DNA of 64,000 nt from Candidatus Woesearchaeota archaeon (GTDB taxonomy: Archaea; Nanobdellota; Nanobdellia; Pacearchaeales; GW2011-AR1), in NCBI GenBank assembly GCA_964518625.1, contig CAZFHC010000001.1, forward strand, positions 111-64,110, in the 5' to 3' direction. Below the pieces are notes generated by a model. The model saw only the letters and a list, made by a program, of their open reading frames with translations, was not told where the DNA came from and made no database searches. Below, piece by piece: positions 1 to 9,730 of this stretch; position 1 is the stretch's first letter; each line of letters starts with the position of its first letter. The position numbers and the translations under genes are program-made.

Positions 1-1
1 A

Positions 2-1129
2 TCTGGTAAGTCTTATACTATTGGTACTATCGCTGAGGCTTTGGCTGATCTAGGCATAGAGGAATCTGGGAATATTGCTTCTTTAATTTTTGATACTATG
101 GGTATTTATTGGACTATGAAATATAAAAATGAGAAAGATAAAAAATTACTTTCTGATTGGGATTTAAAAGCTAAGCTTCTTCCATTGAAAGTTTTTGCTC
201 CGTTTGGCTATTATCAAGATTATCTAGATAAAGGAATTTCTGTTGATTCCCCATTTGCTATTAAATTATCTGAACTTAATTCATCTGATTGGATTGGTGT
301 GTTTGAATTAAATTTTACTGATTCTGTGGCTATTGCTATTGAGGAAACTATTTCTAAATTAAAGTCTGAAAAGGATAGTTTCGACTTTAAGGATATTTAT
401 AAGAAGTTGGAATCTTTTAAAAATATTAATCAGGAAATTAAAAATGCTGCTGGTGCTTTATTTCGTGCTTCTGAGAGCTGGGGAATCTTTAATGAAGAAT
501 TTGGGACTTCTATCAATGATTTGGTTAAAGCTGGACAAAGTACTATAATTGATTTGTCGATGTATGCTTCTTTAGGAAGTTTTAATATTCGTGCTTTAAT
601 TATTGGTTTAGTTTCTAAAAAATTATTTAATCAACGTATGTTGAGTCGTAAAATAGAAGAGATTCAGGCTGTTCAGCATGGCGAAAATTACAGTCGTTTT
701 AATACTGTTCGTGATATGCCTTTAGTTTGGATTTTTATTGATGAGGCTCATGAGTTTTTACCTAAGGATGGAAAGACTCCTGCATCTGATGCTTTAATTC
801 AGATTCTAAGAGAGGGTCGTCAACCTGGATTGAGTTTGGTTGTTGCGACTCAGCAGCCTGGTAAAATTCATACTGATGCTATTACACAATCTGATATTGT
901 TATTTCTCATAGAGTTACTGCTGCTTTGGATGTTAAAGCATTAAATGATATTAGTCAATCATATTTGTATTCTAGTATTTCTGATAAAATCAATGGGTTG
1001 CCTCATTTGAAAGGTTCTGCTATTATTCTAGATGATAGTTCTGAGAGAATTTACCCTATGAGAGTTCGTCCAAGATTTACTTGGCATGGTGGTGAAGCTC
1101 CTACTGCAATTAGAAAAAATGCTGATTGA
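2..1129 (+). CDS. HerA/FtsK-like P-loop ATPase (DUF87/HerA-type), 5' end truncated by the window edge
   Basis: The frame is open from position 2. A Walker A tail (S-G-K-S/T) sits at nt 2-13. Walker B is IFIDEAHEF followed by VVATQQP. The ORF track only starts at an internal TTG at 41. Confidence 0.6.
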   Translation, partial: SGKSYTIGTIAEALADLGIEESGNIASLIFDTMGIYWTMKYKNEKDKKLLSDWDLKAKLLPLKVFAPFGYYQDYLDKGISVDSPFAIKLSELNSSDWIGVFELNFTDSVAIAIEETISKLKSEKDSFDFKDIYKKLESFKNINQEIKNAAGALFRASESWGIFNEEFGTSINDLVKAGQSTIIDLSMYASLGSFNIRALIIGLVSKKLFNQRMLSRKIEEIQAVQHGENYSRFNTVRDMPLVWIFIDEAHEFLPKDGKTPASDALIQILREGRQPGLSLVVATQQPGKIHTDAITQSDIVISHRVTAALDVKALNDISQSYLYSSISDKINGLPHLKGSAIILDDSSERIYPMRVRPRFTWHGGEAPTAIRKNAD

Positions 1130-1216
1130 TTCTAAAATTTTAAAACATTAATTAAAATCATTATTGAAAAGTTTGATAATAGAATGATTTAAAATATTGT
1201 TTTTTATTTGTAGTTT

Positions 1217-3175
1217 GTGGAAAATATTAAATTTGATTTGAAATCTGGATTTAAACCTGCGGGTTCACAGCCTGAGGCGATTAAAAAATTAGGTGAAGGA
1301 TTAACCGATAATAAAAAATTTCAAACTTTGCTTGGTGTTACTGGTAGTGGTAAAACTTTTTCGATTGCTCATGTTATTAATAATGTTCAGAAAACAACTT
1401 TGGTTCTGGCTCATAATAAAACTTTAGCGGCTCAGTTGTATGAAGAATTGAAAGGATTGTTCCCTAATAATCGTGTTGAATATTTTGTTTCATATTATGA
1501 TTATTATCAACCAGAGAGTTATATGCCGGCAACGGACCAATATATTGATAAAGATAGTAGTGTAAATCCTAAATTGGATCAGTTACGTCTTGCTGCGACT
1601 GCTTCTTTATTGAGTAGAAAGGATGTTATTGTTGTTTCAAGTGTTTCATGTATCTATGGTTTAGGTAAACCTGAAAATTTTGAGATGTTTCGTTTCAGTT
1701 TGAGAGTTGGTGATAACTCTGGACGTAGAAATTTGATAAAGAAATTAGTTCATTCCCAATATGAGAGAAATGATATTGAGTTGCAACCTGGAAAATTTAG
1801 AGTGAAGGGAGATACTGTCGATTTGATTCCTGCTTATATGAATAATATTATTCGAGTTGAATTCTTTGGTGATGAAATCGAAAAAATTTGTGAATTGGAT
1901 AAAATTACTGGTGAAGTTTTAGATAATTATGAGTTTTTTTCTGTTTATCCTGCTAAGCATTTTATGGTTAATGATGATGATACTGAGAATGCTTTGATAT
2001 CTATTGAAAAAGAATTAGAGGAAATTTTACCTAGTATGGAATTGTTAGAAGCTCATAGGTTGAAACAAAGGACTTTGCATGATTTGGAAATGATCAGAGA
2101 AACTGGTTATTGTAAGGGTGTTGAAAATTATTCTAGACATTTTGATAGTAGAAAAGAGGGCGAAAGACCATATTGTTTACTTGATTATTTTCCTGATGAT
2201 TCATTAATTGTTATTGATGAAAGTCATCAGAGTATTCCACAAATTCATGGCATGTATAAGGGAGATAAAGCTAGAAAAAAAAATTTAATTGATTTTGGTT
2301 TTAGGTTACCTAGTGCTTATGATAATCGTCCTTTGAAATTCAATGAGTTTGAAAAATTTATTAGCGAAAAATTCCAGACTATTTTTGTTTCTGCTACACC
2401 TGGTGATTATGAGTTAATGAAGAGTGATGCTATTGTTGAGCAGATTATTCGTCCTACTGGTTTGATCGATCCTAAAGTTATTGTAAAGCCTCTTGATAAT
2501 CAGATTATTGATGTTAAAATTGAAATTGAGAAAGCAATTAAAAATGGTAGTAGAATTTTGTTAACAACTTTAACGAAAAAAATGGCTGAAGAATTGAGTA
2601 ATTATTTAGCTGAACAAAGAATCAAAGCAAGGTATTTGCATTCGGAAATTGATACTTTGGAAAGAATCGAAATTATTCGTGAGTTAAGGTTGGGTGAATT
2701 TGATGTTTTGGTTGGGATTAATTTACTTAGAGAGGGACTGGATATTCCTGAGGTTGGTTTTGTTGGAATTTTAGATGCTGATAAAGAAGGTTTCTTGAGA
2801 AATGATAAGAGTTTGATTCAGACTATTGGGCGTGCGGCTCGTAATAAAGATGCTAAGGTTGTTTTGTATGCTAATGTTATGACAGATTCTATTAAAAGAG
2901 CTTTGAGTGAAACTAAAAGACGTCGTGAATTACAGATTAAATATAATGAAAAATATAATATTACTCCTGTTACTATTGTAAAACCTATTAAGAAAAAGGA
3001 AATTGAAATTCGTGATACTAAGTATATTCCTGATGCTGAAGTCCCTAACTTGATTATTGGATTACAAAAAGATATGGAAGAAGCTGCTGAAAAACTGAAT
3101 TTTGAAAAAGCGATTTTCTTGAGAAACAAAATTAAAGATTTAAAGAAACGTATTTATGAAAAGAACATTTTATAA
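1217..3175 (+). CDS. uvrB: Excinuclease ABC subunit B (UvrB)
   Basis: LLGVTGSGKTF; NKTLAAQLYEELK..FP.NRVEYFVSYYDYYQPESY; VVSSVSCIYGLG; helicase C motifs; C-terminal UvrB/UvrC interaction motif (EAAEKLNFEKAIFLRNKI). GTG start. Confidence 0.9.
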   Translation: MENIKFDLKSGFKPAGSQPEAIKKLGEGLTDNKKFQTLLGVTGSGKTFSIAHVINNVQKTTLVLAHNKTLAAQLYEELKGLFPNNRVEYFVSYYDYYQPESYMPATDQYIDKDSSVNPKLDQLRLAATASLLSRKDVIVVSSVSCIYGLGKPENFEMFRFSLRVGDNSGRRNLIKKLVHSQYERNDIELQPGKFRVKGDTVDLIPAYMNNIIRVEFFGDEIEKICELDKITGEVLDNYEFFSVYPAKHFMVNDDDTENALISIEKELEEILPSMELLEAHRLKQRTLHDLEMIRETGYCKGVENYSRHFDSRKEGERPYCLLDYFPDDSLIVIDESHQSIPQIHGMYKGDKARKKNLIDFGFRLPSAYDNRPLKFNEFEKFISEKFQTIFVSATPGDYELMKSDAIVEQIIRPTGLIDPKVIVKPLDNQIIDVKIEIEKAIKNGSRILLTTLTKKMAEELSNYLAEQRIKARYLHSEIDTLERIEIIRELRLGEFDVLVGINLLREGLDIPEVGFVGILDADKEGFLRNDKSLIQTIGRAARNKDAKVVLYANVMTDSIKRALSETKRRRELQIKYNEKYNITPVTIVKPIKKKEIEIRDTKYIPDAEVPNLIIGLQKDMEEAAEKLNFEKAIFLRNKIKDLKKRIYEKNIL

Positions 3176-3644
3176 ATTGAAGTTTCCTTTGTTTAATATG
3201 AAAAAGAGCTTGATAAAGCATAGAAGAAAAAATGTTCATAGGGCTGTTTTAAAAAAACCTATTATGATTTTGATTGCAATGATTATTATTGGAACATTTT
3301 TTTACCATTTTATTGAGGGTTGGGCTTATTTAGATGCTTTATATTTTACAGCTGTAACTGCTACAACTGTTGGTTATGGTGACTTTCATCCAGAAACATC
3401 GATTGGTAAAATTTTTACTATTGTTTTTTCGTTTGTTGTAATTGCATTGGTATTATATTTCTTTACACTTTTTAGTAAATATATTTTTAGTCGAAGTTTA
3501 CATCAACAGTTAATTGAAGAAGGTAGAATCAGACATAATAAAGGTGTTAGACATGTTAGAAAGAAGTCTAATCTTAAAAATATAAAAACTGTATCTAATA
3601 AATCAAAGACTAGTAAACCAAAGACTAGTGGTGCTAAAGCATAA
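3156..3644 (+). CDS. Small 2-TM potassium channel (pore signature TVGYGD)
   Basis: TATTVGYGDF selectivity filter flanked by two hydrophobic helices. The true start is probably the ATG at 3198 (MKKSLIK). The stop overlaps the start of the next gene by 1 nt (TAATG). Confidence 0.8.
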   Translation: MKRTFYKLKFPLFNMKKSLIKHRRKNVHRAVLKKPIMILIAMIIIGTFFYHFIEGWAYLDALYFTAVTATTVGYGDFHPETSIGKIFTIVFSFVVIALVLYFFTLFSKYIFSRSLHQQLIEEGRIRHNKGVRHVRKKSNLKNIKTVSNKSKTSKPKTSGAKA

Positions 3645-4024
3645 TGAAAATTTATGATGTAATGAATCAGATTGCTATTATTGAAGAAGATATCCCTCTA
3701 CATGAAGCGGCTAATATTATGGCTAAGGAAAATATTGGTAGTTTGGTTTTTGCTCCAAGAAATAGGCCTAAAGGAATTATTACTGAGAGTGATATTGTTA
3801 AACATGTTGATAATACTGAGGCTCTTGTGAGTGAAGTTATGGCTAAGAAATTAATCACTATTGATACAGAAGAGACACTTGAAAAAGCTGCTGAGATCAT
3901 GTCTAGTAATGGTATTAAGAGACTTATTGTTATGGATGGGAAAAAATTAGTTGGGATTATTACTGCTACTGATATTTTGGAAAATGCTGATTTATTAAAT
4001 AAGAATATGGAACTATTCGGATAG
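3644..4024 (+). CDS. CBS domain-pair protein, translationally coupled to the K+ channel
   Basis: Two CBS-like repeats (GSLVF....GIITESDIV; KRLIVMDGKKLVGIITATDIL). Confidence 0.75.
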   Translation: MKIYDVMNQIAIIEEDIPLHEAANIMAKENIGSLVFAPRNRPKGIITESDIVKHVDNTEALVSEVMAKKLITIDTEETLEKAAEIMSSNGIKRLIVMDGKKLVGIITATDILENADLLNKNMELFG

Positions 4025-4042
4025 GTTTTCGCTTCTTTATTA

Positions 4043-4633
4043 TTACTTTATTGAAGGGTCTAAATAAAATTGAATTGAATTTTTTGCTTGCTTTGTTGAA
4101 GCCCCTAATCCTATCATAAAATCTTGTAATATATTTAAATCTATTTTATCTTTTTTGTTTTTTGATAATGTTGCTATTTTTATTTCTGTGTTTGTTTTTT
4201 TACAAATTTTAATATTTTGTATTATTCGTTCTAATCTTAATGCTAATTGCTTATCTTTTGTTCTTTGTAAATCTAAGAAGTCTATTAGTAGTACTATATT
4301 CTTTTCTTTTGCTATTTTTGCTGTTACATGATTTATTCCGGAATCTCGTTGTTTAATTGTGTCTCGTTTTTCGTATTTTTCCGATGATACCAAATAGTTT
4401 ATCTTTAATGTTTCTAGTACTCTTCTGTTGAATATATTATCTTTCCCTATTAATGCTATTATTTTATTTTTTGATTTTAGTGACTCAATTATTCTTCTTG
4501 CTTCTTTTTCATCGCCAAACGTGTCAATTAGATATCCATCTGTTTCATCTTCTTTTAAGATATCAGATTTTTTATATATTTGTTTTAGATATATTGTGCT
4601 ATTTGTTTTGTATAATGTTATATCGTTTTTCAT
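4043..4633 (-). CDS. rnp3: RNase P protein component 3 (Rpp30/Rnp3-like)
   Basis: C-terminal half matches my recollection of archaeal Rpp30 (NHVTAKIAKEKNIVL...; ATLSKNKKDKIDLNILQDFMIGLGASTKQAKNSI against the SSAQ..R.P.DL..LG...G motif). Confidence 0.55.
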   Translation of the reverse strand: MKNDITLYKTNSTIYLKQIYKKSDILKEDETDGYLIDTFGDEKEARRIIESLKSKNKIIALIGKDNIFNRRVLETLKINYLVSSEKYEKRDTIKQRDSGINHVTAKIAKEKNIVLLIDFLDLQRTKDKQLALRLERIIQNIKICKKTNTEIKIATLSKNKKDKIDLNILQDFMIGLGASTKQAKNSIQFYLDPSIK

Positions 4634-4667
4634 ATTTTTTTTAATGTTTATTGGTTAATAAATTTGT

Positions 4668-5357
4668 TTATCCTTCTATTATACTTCCTGATATATCTTT
4701 TTTCTCTAAAATTATCTTATCTAAATCTGTTAAACTTTTTGTTATGTATGTTGTTATTTTATGAGTATTTATTATTTGTGATGCTCGTTGGTCTAACACA
4801 AAATGTTGTCCTGCCGAAAATTTTATCTTTTTTGCTATTTTATTAAAGCCTTCCCATGACATTTGTTTGATAAATTTTGCCTTTGGATTTTTTTTTGGGT
4901 CATCTGTATATATTCCTTTTATATTTGTTATGTTAATAAATGGACATTTTAGATAGGATGCTATTTGTGCTGAATTTGCATCAGTTGTTTGTTTTCTTTT
5001 TGTTAAATGTAATGGTCCTGTAAAAACTACATGATTTTTTCTTAGTAGATTTTTTACTTTTTTTAGTGTTGTTGGATGTACAGAATTTGCTGATTTGCCG
5101 AAATATTCCATCATGAAAAGTGCATGAAATCTCGTTACTGCAATTCCTATTTTGGATTGTTTGTAGAAATTTTTATGCATTTTTTTATATGCATTAATAT
5201 ATTTTCGAGCTGTTGTTCCACCACCAGTTACTACAACAAATTTTGTTTCTTTATGTTTCGTTATTATTTCTTTAAACTTTTTTAAGAATTCATCATCTAC
5301 TTCATTCGGAATTATTCTTGAACCTCCTAAACTTATAACTACTGTTTTTAGAACCAT
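4668..5357 (-). CDS. pyrH: UMP kinase, archaeal type (amino-acid kinase family)
   Basis: VISLGGS N-terminus, VVVTGGG glycine loop, about 229 aa as is typical for archaeal PyrH. Confidence 0.7.
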   Translation of the reverse strand: MVLKTVVISLGGSRIIPNEVDDEFLKKFKEIITKHKETKFVVVTGGGTTARKYINAYKKMHKNFYKQSKIGIAVTRFHALFMMEYFGKSANSVHPTTLKKVKNLLRKNHVVFTGPLHLTKRKQTTDANSAQIASYLKCPFINITNIKGIYTDDPKKNPKAKFIKQMSWEGFNKIAKKIKFSAGQHFVLDQRASQIINTHKITTYITKSLTDLDKIILEKKDISGSIIEG

Positions 5358-5393
5358 AAATATTATAATATGTTTTACTTATTAAAGATTACT

Positions 5394-5675
5394 TCAACAA
5401 ACCGTAAATAATTTATCATCATGAACATCAAAAACTTTTAATCTGACTCCTGAATCTAACCATCCATGTGCATAGTTTAGTGCTGCAAATGCATTTATCC
5501 AATCGTTATTATTAAAGAAGTGATGAGAATCTGATACATAATTAGTTACCATTTCAATTATCTCTTTTGCTTCTGTTTCTTTGCCTATTATTATATTTTT
5601 TTTAACTTCTTTTAATGCAGTTTCTGTAAGATTGAAATATTTTTCTATTTTTTCTTTTTTTATTATGTTATCCAT
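5394..5675 (-). CDS. Small conserved archaeal protein (DUF357-like, AHGWLD motif)
   Basis: The NAFAALNYAHGWLDSGVR motif resembles the DUF357 family. Confidence 0.35.
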   Translation of the reverse strand: MDNIIKKEKIEKYFNLTETALKEVKKNIIIGKETEAKEIIEMVTNYVSDSHHFFNNNDWINAFAALNYAHGWLDSGVRLKVFDVHDDKLFTVC

Positions 5676-5759
5676 ATTGTTTGTTGTTCAGCTCAGTTTA
5701 TATTATTTATTATTATTCTCTATTTGTTTTATAACTCATATAAAATTTAAATAATAAAA

Positions 5760-6416
5760 TCATCTGTTTTGTATTCTGTTTATTGTAAAACTAGATCCAA
5801 CAAGACTTGAACTTACTCCTGAGATAGTCATTCCATTTACTGTTGCATGGAATGGACCCTCAATAAATGGGATATGTGCATCTGTTGCAAATTTTGTTAG
5901 TGAATCGTTTATTTCTTCTTGGGTTAATGTTATTGTTGTTGTTTGTCGTCTACCTCGTTTTACTATTGCTATAGGCTGATTTGGACCTGAACATTGCACA
6001 ATCATTATTGTTGGGTCCATTAAGAATGATTGTAATTTCCCGTATTTTGACATTCCTCCTCTACTACTTATAAACTGTCTTGGCAACCTTGACATTGATG
6101 TTAGAGGTCTATGTTGTGATTGAACTTGTTCTTTTTGAATTGAAGTATTTATTTTTTGTAAAGTTTGTACACTTTGTTGTTGTAATGTATTTGCTGTTTC
6201 ATCTTCTCCTAATTCTTGATGCATATCTACCAATGAGTTTATTCCTTCTTGAGTTGTTGTAATTGCTTGCATTAAATCTTTAGACATTTCTGGTATCATA
6301 TCAGCATTTATTATTTCTGAATTTTTAATATTTAGAGTCGATTTCTGAACTGTTTTGATTATTGCTATTGTAAATTTCTTAACAAAATCTGTATCATACA
6401 AATTAGAATTCGCCAT
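5760..6416 (-). CDS. Hypothetical protein
   Basis: 218-aa ORF with coding-like composition that abuts the next gene. Gln-rich middle. Confidence 0.4.
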   Translation of the reverse strand: MANSNLYDTDFVKKFTIAIIKTVQKSTLNIKNSEIINADMIPEMSKDLMQAITTTQEGINSLVDMHQELGEDETANTLQQQSVQTLQKINTSIQKEQVQSQHRPLTSMSRLPRQFISSRGGMSKYGKLQSFLMDPTIMIVQCSGPNQPIAIVKRGRRQTTTITLTQEEINDSLTKFATDAHIPFIEGPFHATVNGMTISGVSSSLVGSSFTINRIQNR

Positions 6417-6985
6417 TATAATTGTGGTAATGGTTTAGGTTTGTTTGGATTAAATGGTTGTGGGATAAATCCTTGTTGGGGTATTGGTTTAGGTTGAAAT
6501 GTTCTAGGTTGTTGAGATGCTTGAGATCTTGGAAATGTTTGTTGTGGTTCAAATGGATTTATTTTGGTTGCTGAGGGTGTATATTTTGCTTGTCTTTTCA
6601 GTTTATCTTCCATTAAAACTAGTCCTCTTGCTATTGTTTTATTCTGTGATAATAATGAATCTATTTTTTCTCCTACTCCTGAATCTATCTGCTTTTCTGT
6701 TTTCGCTAATGTCTTTGCTGACTCTTCAAATACTTTTAATAATTTTGTGATGTTTTGTGATAATTCTCCAAATTGTATTGACATATTAGTCATTGCATGT
6801 TGTAAATTTACAAAATTTTCAATAAATACTTGTTCATTGTATACAATGCTTTTTTTTGTTGATGCTACTTTTGATTTTGGTCTAGCTTTAGAATTCGTTT
6901 TTTTCTTTGTTGTAGTTTTTGGTTTTACTAACAATGTTGTTGTTGTTGTCTTTTTCTTAGAAGGAGTCTTTACTTTTTTCACCAT
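6416..6985 (-). CDS. Hypothetical protein with Lys-rich N-terminus, coiled-coil middle and Pro/Gln-rich C-terminus
   Basis: Low-complexity KKKTTTT N-terminus and PQQ/PKP-rich tail. Its stop is fused to the start of the 5760..6416 gene. Confidence 0.4.
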   Translation of the reverse strand: MVKKVKTPSKKKTTTTTLLVKPKTTTKKKTNSKARPKSKVASTKKSIVYNEQVFIENFVNLQHAMTNMSIQFGELSQNITKLLKVFEESAKTLAKTEKQIDSGVGEKIDSLLSQNKTIARGLVLMEDKLKRQAKYTPSATKINPFEPQQTFPRSQASQQPRTFQPKPIPQQGFIPQPFNPNKPKPLPQL

Positions 6986-7144
6986 GTTCTAGTAAAGATT
7001 GTCTAGTTTATAAAGTTTTTTTGAAGTTGATTGTAATTAGTTTTTATTATAAAAAACTTTATAAAGGCAAAATATCATGAGTTATTAGGTTAAAGTCATT
7101 TTATGACGATTTACTTTCGAAATGAAAGGCCTGACTAAAAAATA

Positions 7145-7693
7145 ATGGCAAAACAAATATATGCTCAAATTCCAAGTAAGTATATTCCAGCTTTGGCTGA
7201 GGCTTTGAAAAATTTACCTGAGATTGAAGCTCCTGAATGGATCGCTTATGTTAAGACTGGAACTTCTAGAAAAAGGCCTCCTGTAAGTGATAATTTTTGG
7301 TATATTAGAGCTGCTAGTATTTTAAGACAATTGTATATCAAAGGTGTTGTTGGTGTTGGGAAATTACGAACTAGATATGGTTCTAGAAAAGATAGAGGTG
7401 GAAAGCCTGATCATTTTAGGAAAGCTAGTGGTAAGGTTATCAGACTTATTTTACAGCAAGCTGAAAATGCTGGTTTAGTTGAAAAAGTTGATAAAATGCA
7501 ATATGGTAGAAGATTAACTGCTAAAGGTAGAGAATTTTTAGATAGTATTAAGGTAGAGAAAATAGAGGGTTTGTCTTTAGAAGATTCTATTGTTGAGATT
7601 AGTAATGTTCCTCAAGAAGATATTCAAGAATTTGCTGAAACTGAAGTTGAAGAAATTAAAGCAGAAAGTGAGGTTATTTCAGATGGCGAGTAG
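7145..7693 (+). CDS. rps19e: 30S ribosomal protein S19e (eS19)
   Basis: ALKNLPEIEAPEWIAYVKTGTSRKRPP...WYIRAASILRQLYIKG....GGKPDHF is the canonical eS19 core, followed by an acidic C-terminal extension. Confidence 0.85.
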   Translation: MAKQIYAQIPSKYIPALAEALKNLPEIEAPEWIAYVKTGTSRKRPPVSDNFWYIRAASILRQLYIKGVVGVGKLRTRYGSRKDRGGKPDHFRKASGKVIRLILQQAENAGLVEKVDKMQYGRRLTAKGREFLDSIKVEKIEGLSLEDSIVEISNVPQEDIQEFAETEVEEIKAESEVISDGE

Positions 7694-7898
7694 AAAAGCT
7701 ACAATGCGTAGTAGTAAGAAAAGACACTTAGATAAAGTTGGTAAGCAAACAAGATGGGCTCCTTATTGGACTGTTATAAAGAAATATGGTAAGGGTAAAA
7801 AGATTCATCCGTCTAAGCATACTCATGTTAAGAGAAATTGGAGAGTTAGAAAATTAAAATTCAAGCCTAGAAGAGCTAAAAAGAGTTGGCTAGGATAA
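7683..7898 (+). CDS. rpl39e: 50S ribosomal protein L39e (eL39), C-terminally extended
   Basis: KKRHLDKVGKQTRWAPYWTVIKK...KRNWRVRKLK matches the eL39 pattern (KRLAKA.KQNR..P.W...KT....RRHWRRTKL). The ATG at 7683 is preferred over the ORF-track start at 7590, which would overlap S19e. Confidence 0.6.
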   Translation: MASRKATMRSSKKRHLDKVGKQTRWAPYWTVIKKYGKGKKIHPSKHTHVKRNWRVRKLKFKPRRAKKSWLG

Positions 7899-7902
7899 AA
7901 AT

Positions 7903-8619
7903 ATGGTTGAAGAAAAAATAAACAAAACAGAGAAAGTTGAGATAAAGAATGAAGTTAAAGAGACTAAGAAAGCAGTAATAAAACCTGAAGTAAAAAAAAC
8001 TGAATCCAAACCTTCTGTGAAAAAACCTAAAACTAGTAAAGCTAAAACTGAAGAAAAGAAACCTGAATTGGAAAGAATTTATGTTGTTCCATTAAGAAAA
8101 GGATATATGAAAGTTCCTCAATATAAGAGAGCAAAGAAAGCTGTTAAGACTTTGAAAGAATTTTTGGCTAAGCATATGAAAGTTGAAGATAGAGACATTG
8201 ACAAAGTTAAGGTTGATATTTATTTGAATAATGAAATTTGGTTTAAAGGAATTAAGAAACCATTGAATAAGGTTAAGGTTAAAGCTACAAAAATTGATGG
8301 TATTGTTTATGCTGAGTTGGCTGAAGTTCCTGAAATTGTAAAGTTCAAGATGGCTAGAGATGCTAGAAGAGGAACAAAAGTAGATAAAAAAGCACTTGAT
8401 AAAGTTGTTACTCAAGAAGCTGCTGAAGAAAAAATTAAGGAAGAAAGAAGCGATAAAACTGATAAAAAAGAAGAATCTATAAAAGAAAAAGTTAGTATTG
8501 ATGCTAAAGTTGCTAAGCAAAAAATTGATGCTAAAGAAATTAAGCATACAGCAAATCCAAAATCTACAAAGGAAGATAATATGTCTTCTACTACAATGAG
8601 AAAAGCTTTGAAAAAATAA
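7903..8619 (+). CDS. rpl31e: 50S ribosomal protein L31e (eL31) with Lys-rich N- and C-terminal extensions
   Basis: ERIYVVPLRKGYMKVPQYKRAKKAVKTLKEFLAKHMKVE..VKVD..LN..IW..GIKKP is the eL31 core. Confidence 0.75.
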   Translation: MVEEKINKTEKVEIKNEVKETKKAVIKPEVKKTESKPSVKKPKTSKAKTEEKKPELERIYVVPLRKGYMKVPQYKRAKKAVKTLKEFLAKHMKVEDRDIDKVKVDIYLNNEIWFKGIKKPLNKVKVKATKIDGIVYAELAEVPEIVKFKMARDARRGTKVDKKALDKVVTQEAAEEKIKEERSDKTDKKEESIKEKVSIDAKVAKQKIDAKEIKHTANPKSTKEDNMSSTTMRKALKK

Positions 8620-8635
8620 ATTTTAAATTATATTT

Positions 8636-9730
8636 TTAATTACAATTTGTAACTTTTTGAATTACTGGTTTACAATATATAATATCTTTTTTATCTATTA
8701 CTATTGGTTGTGCTTGTATTAATGTTATTTTATCTGAATCTGTGTAATTCCCATTTACCATATATTCATCTCCTGGTTTTATATCTAAAAGTTGTTTATC
8801 TGAAATATACCTTATAGCATTATATTTATATAAATTTTCTACTTCTTCTGATGAAAGAGCTCTATTGTATATTTTTATTTCATCAAGAGTTCCATTAAAA
8901 TCTAAACTATTTAATAAATTGCTATTAGCCCCTATCACAGAATTTAAAGAATTACTAACCAGTTGTCCAGTAATAGGTGCACTTCCTTTAGGCTCATCAT
9001 TAACATAAGTATTCATTATACTCCCATCCCAAGACATTGTAAGCAAATACCATTTATCTAAATCAAATTCATAATAAATATCATTTGCGATTGTCCATCC
9101 GGTTGTACCCGTAGTCCCAATTAAATTTCTAATTGTAGTTCTATTAAGAAAACCTAATTGTAATACCCCATCTTTTCTAAAAATAGGAGATTCTGATACA
9201 AAATCTGAATTTATTTTAACCCAACTAGATATAGTTAATTGATTTTCAAGATCAAAAATATTATTACCTAAATCAATATAATTAGCTTCTCCATCGAAGC
9301 TTCTTGCTCCTCCAATTTTCCCATCCATTATCCAACTAGTTCCATAGTCTTCGCCACCGACTATGTATTTATCATCGAATGTTAAGTCTAATAACAAATC
9401 ATCTGACTTTTTTGTGTAATAAACAGATCTGTCATACATTCCGAATGTAGCATTTGTTTGATTATTAATTTTTGTTTGAACTGATTTTATTGTAAATCTT
9501 CCTGTATTTTTCAATGTATATAAAAAATTATTTGTCGATTCTTGACAGTTATAATTAGTTATTGAAATGGATACTCCATCAGGACATTCTGATATTTCAT
9601 CTGGATTTGTATATAATTTTAGCCAATTAAATACCATTACTGATAAGGAAAGTGTTATACTTATTAGTAGAACATACGCGATTATTGTACTTATTCCTCG
9701 TTTATTATTTGAATACAATAAAGTTCTCAT
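8636..9730 (-). CDS. Pilin-like surface protein with archaeal class III signal peptide and LamG/ConA-like lectin domain
   Basis: The N-terminus MRTLLYSNNKRG|ISTIIAYVLLISITLSL fits a prepilin-peptidase motif ([KR]G then a hydrophobic helix). The C-terminal region has the GTLDEIKIYNRALSSEEVENLY signature typical of LamG domains. Confidence 0.5.
   Translation of the reverse strand: MRTLLYSNNKRGISTIIAYVLLISITLSLSVMVFNWLKLYTNPDEISECPDGVSISITNYNCQESTNNFLYTLKNTGRFTIKSVQTKINNQTNATFGMYDRSVYYTKKSDDLLLDLTFDDKYIVGGEDYGTSWIMDGKIGGARSFDGEANYIDLGNNIFDLENQLTISSWVKINSDFVSESPIFRKDGVLQLGFLNRTTIRNLIGTTGTTGWTIANDIYYEFDLDKWYLLTMSWDGSIMNTYVNDEPKGSAPITGQLVSNSLNSVIGANSNLLNSLDFNGTLDEIKIYNRALSSEEVENLYKYNAIRYISDKQLLDIKPGDEYMVNGNYTDSDKITLIQAQPIVIDKKDIIYCKPVIQKVTNCN

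Noticed and set aside
2818-3129. 103-aa minus-strand ORF inside uvrB, and the similar antisense ORFs at 3667..3900, 4428..4658, 4453..4644, 4664..4846, 6080..6262, 6517..6750, 6564..6992, 8092..8547, 9796..9996, 9896..10195
   Set aside because: They overlap well-supported genes on the opposite strand. Their products are low-complexity Leu/Phe/Ile-rich, as expected for random open frames in AT-rich DNA, and none has a recognisable motif.
7590-7682. Upstream extension of the L39e ORF overlapping S19e
   Set aside because: The extension is the S19e C-terminus read in another frame. The ATG at 7683 gives a protein that starts where eL39 homology starts.
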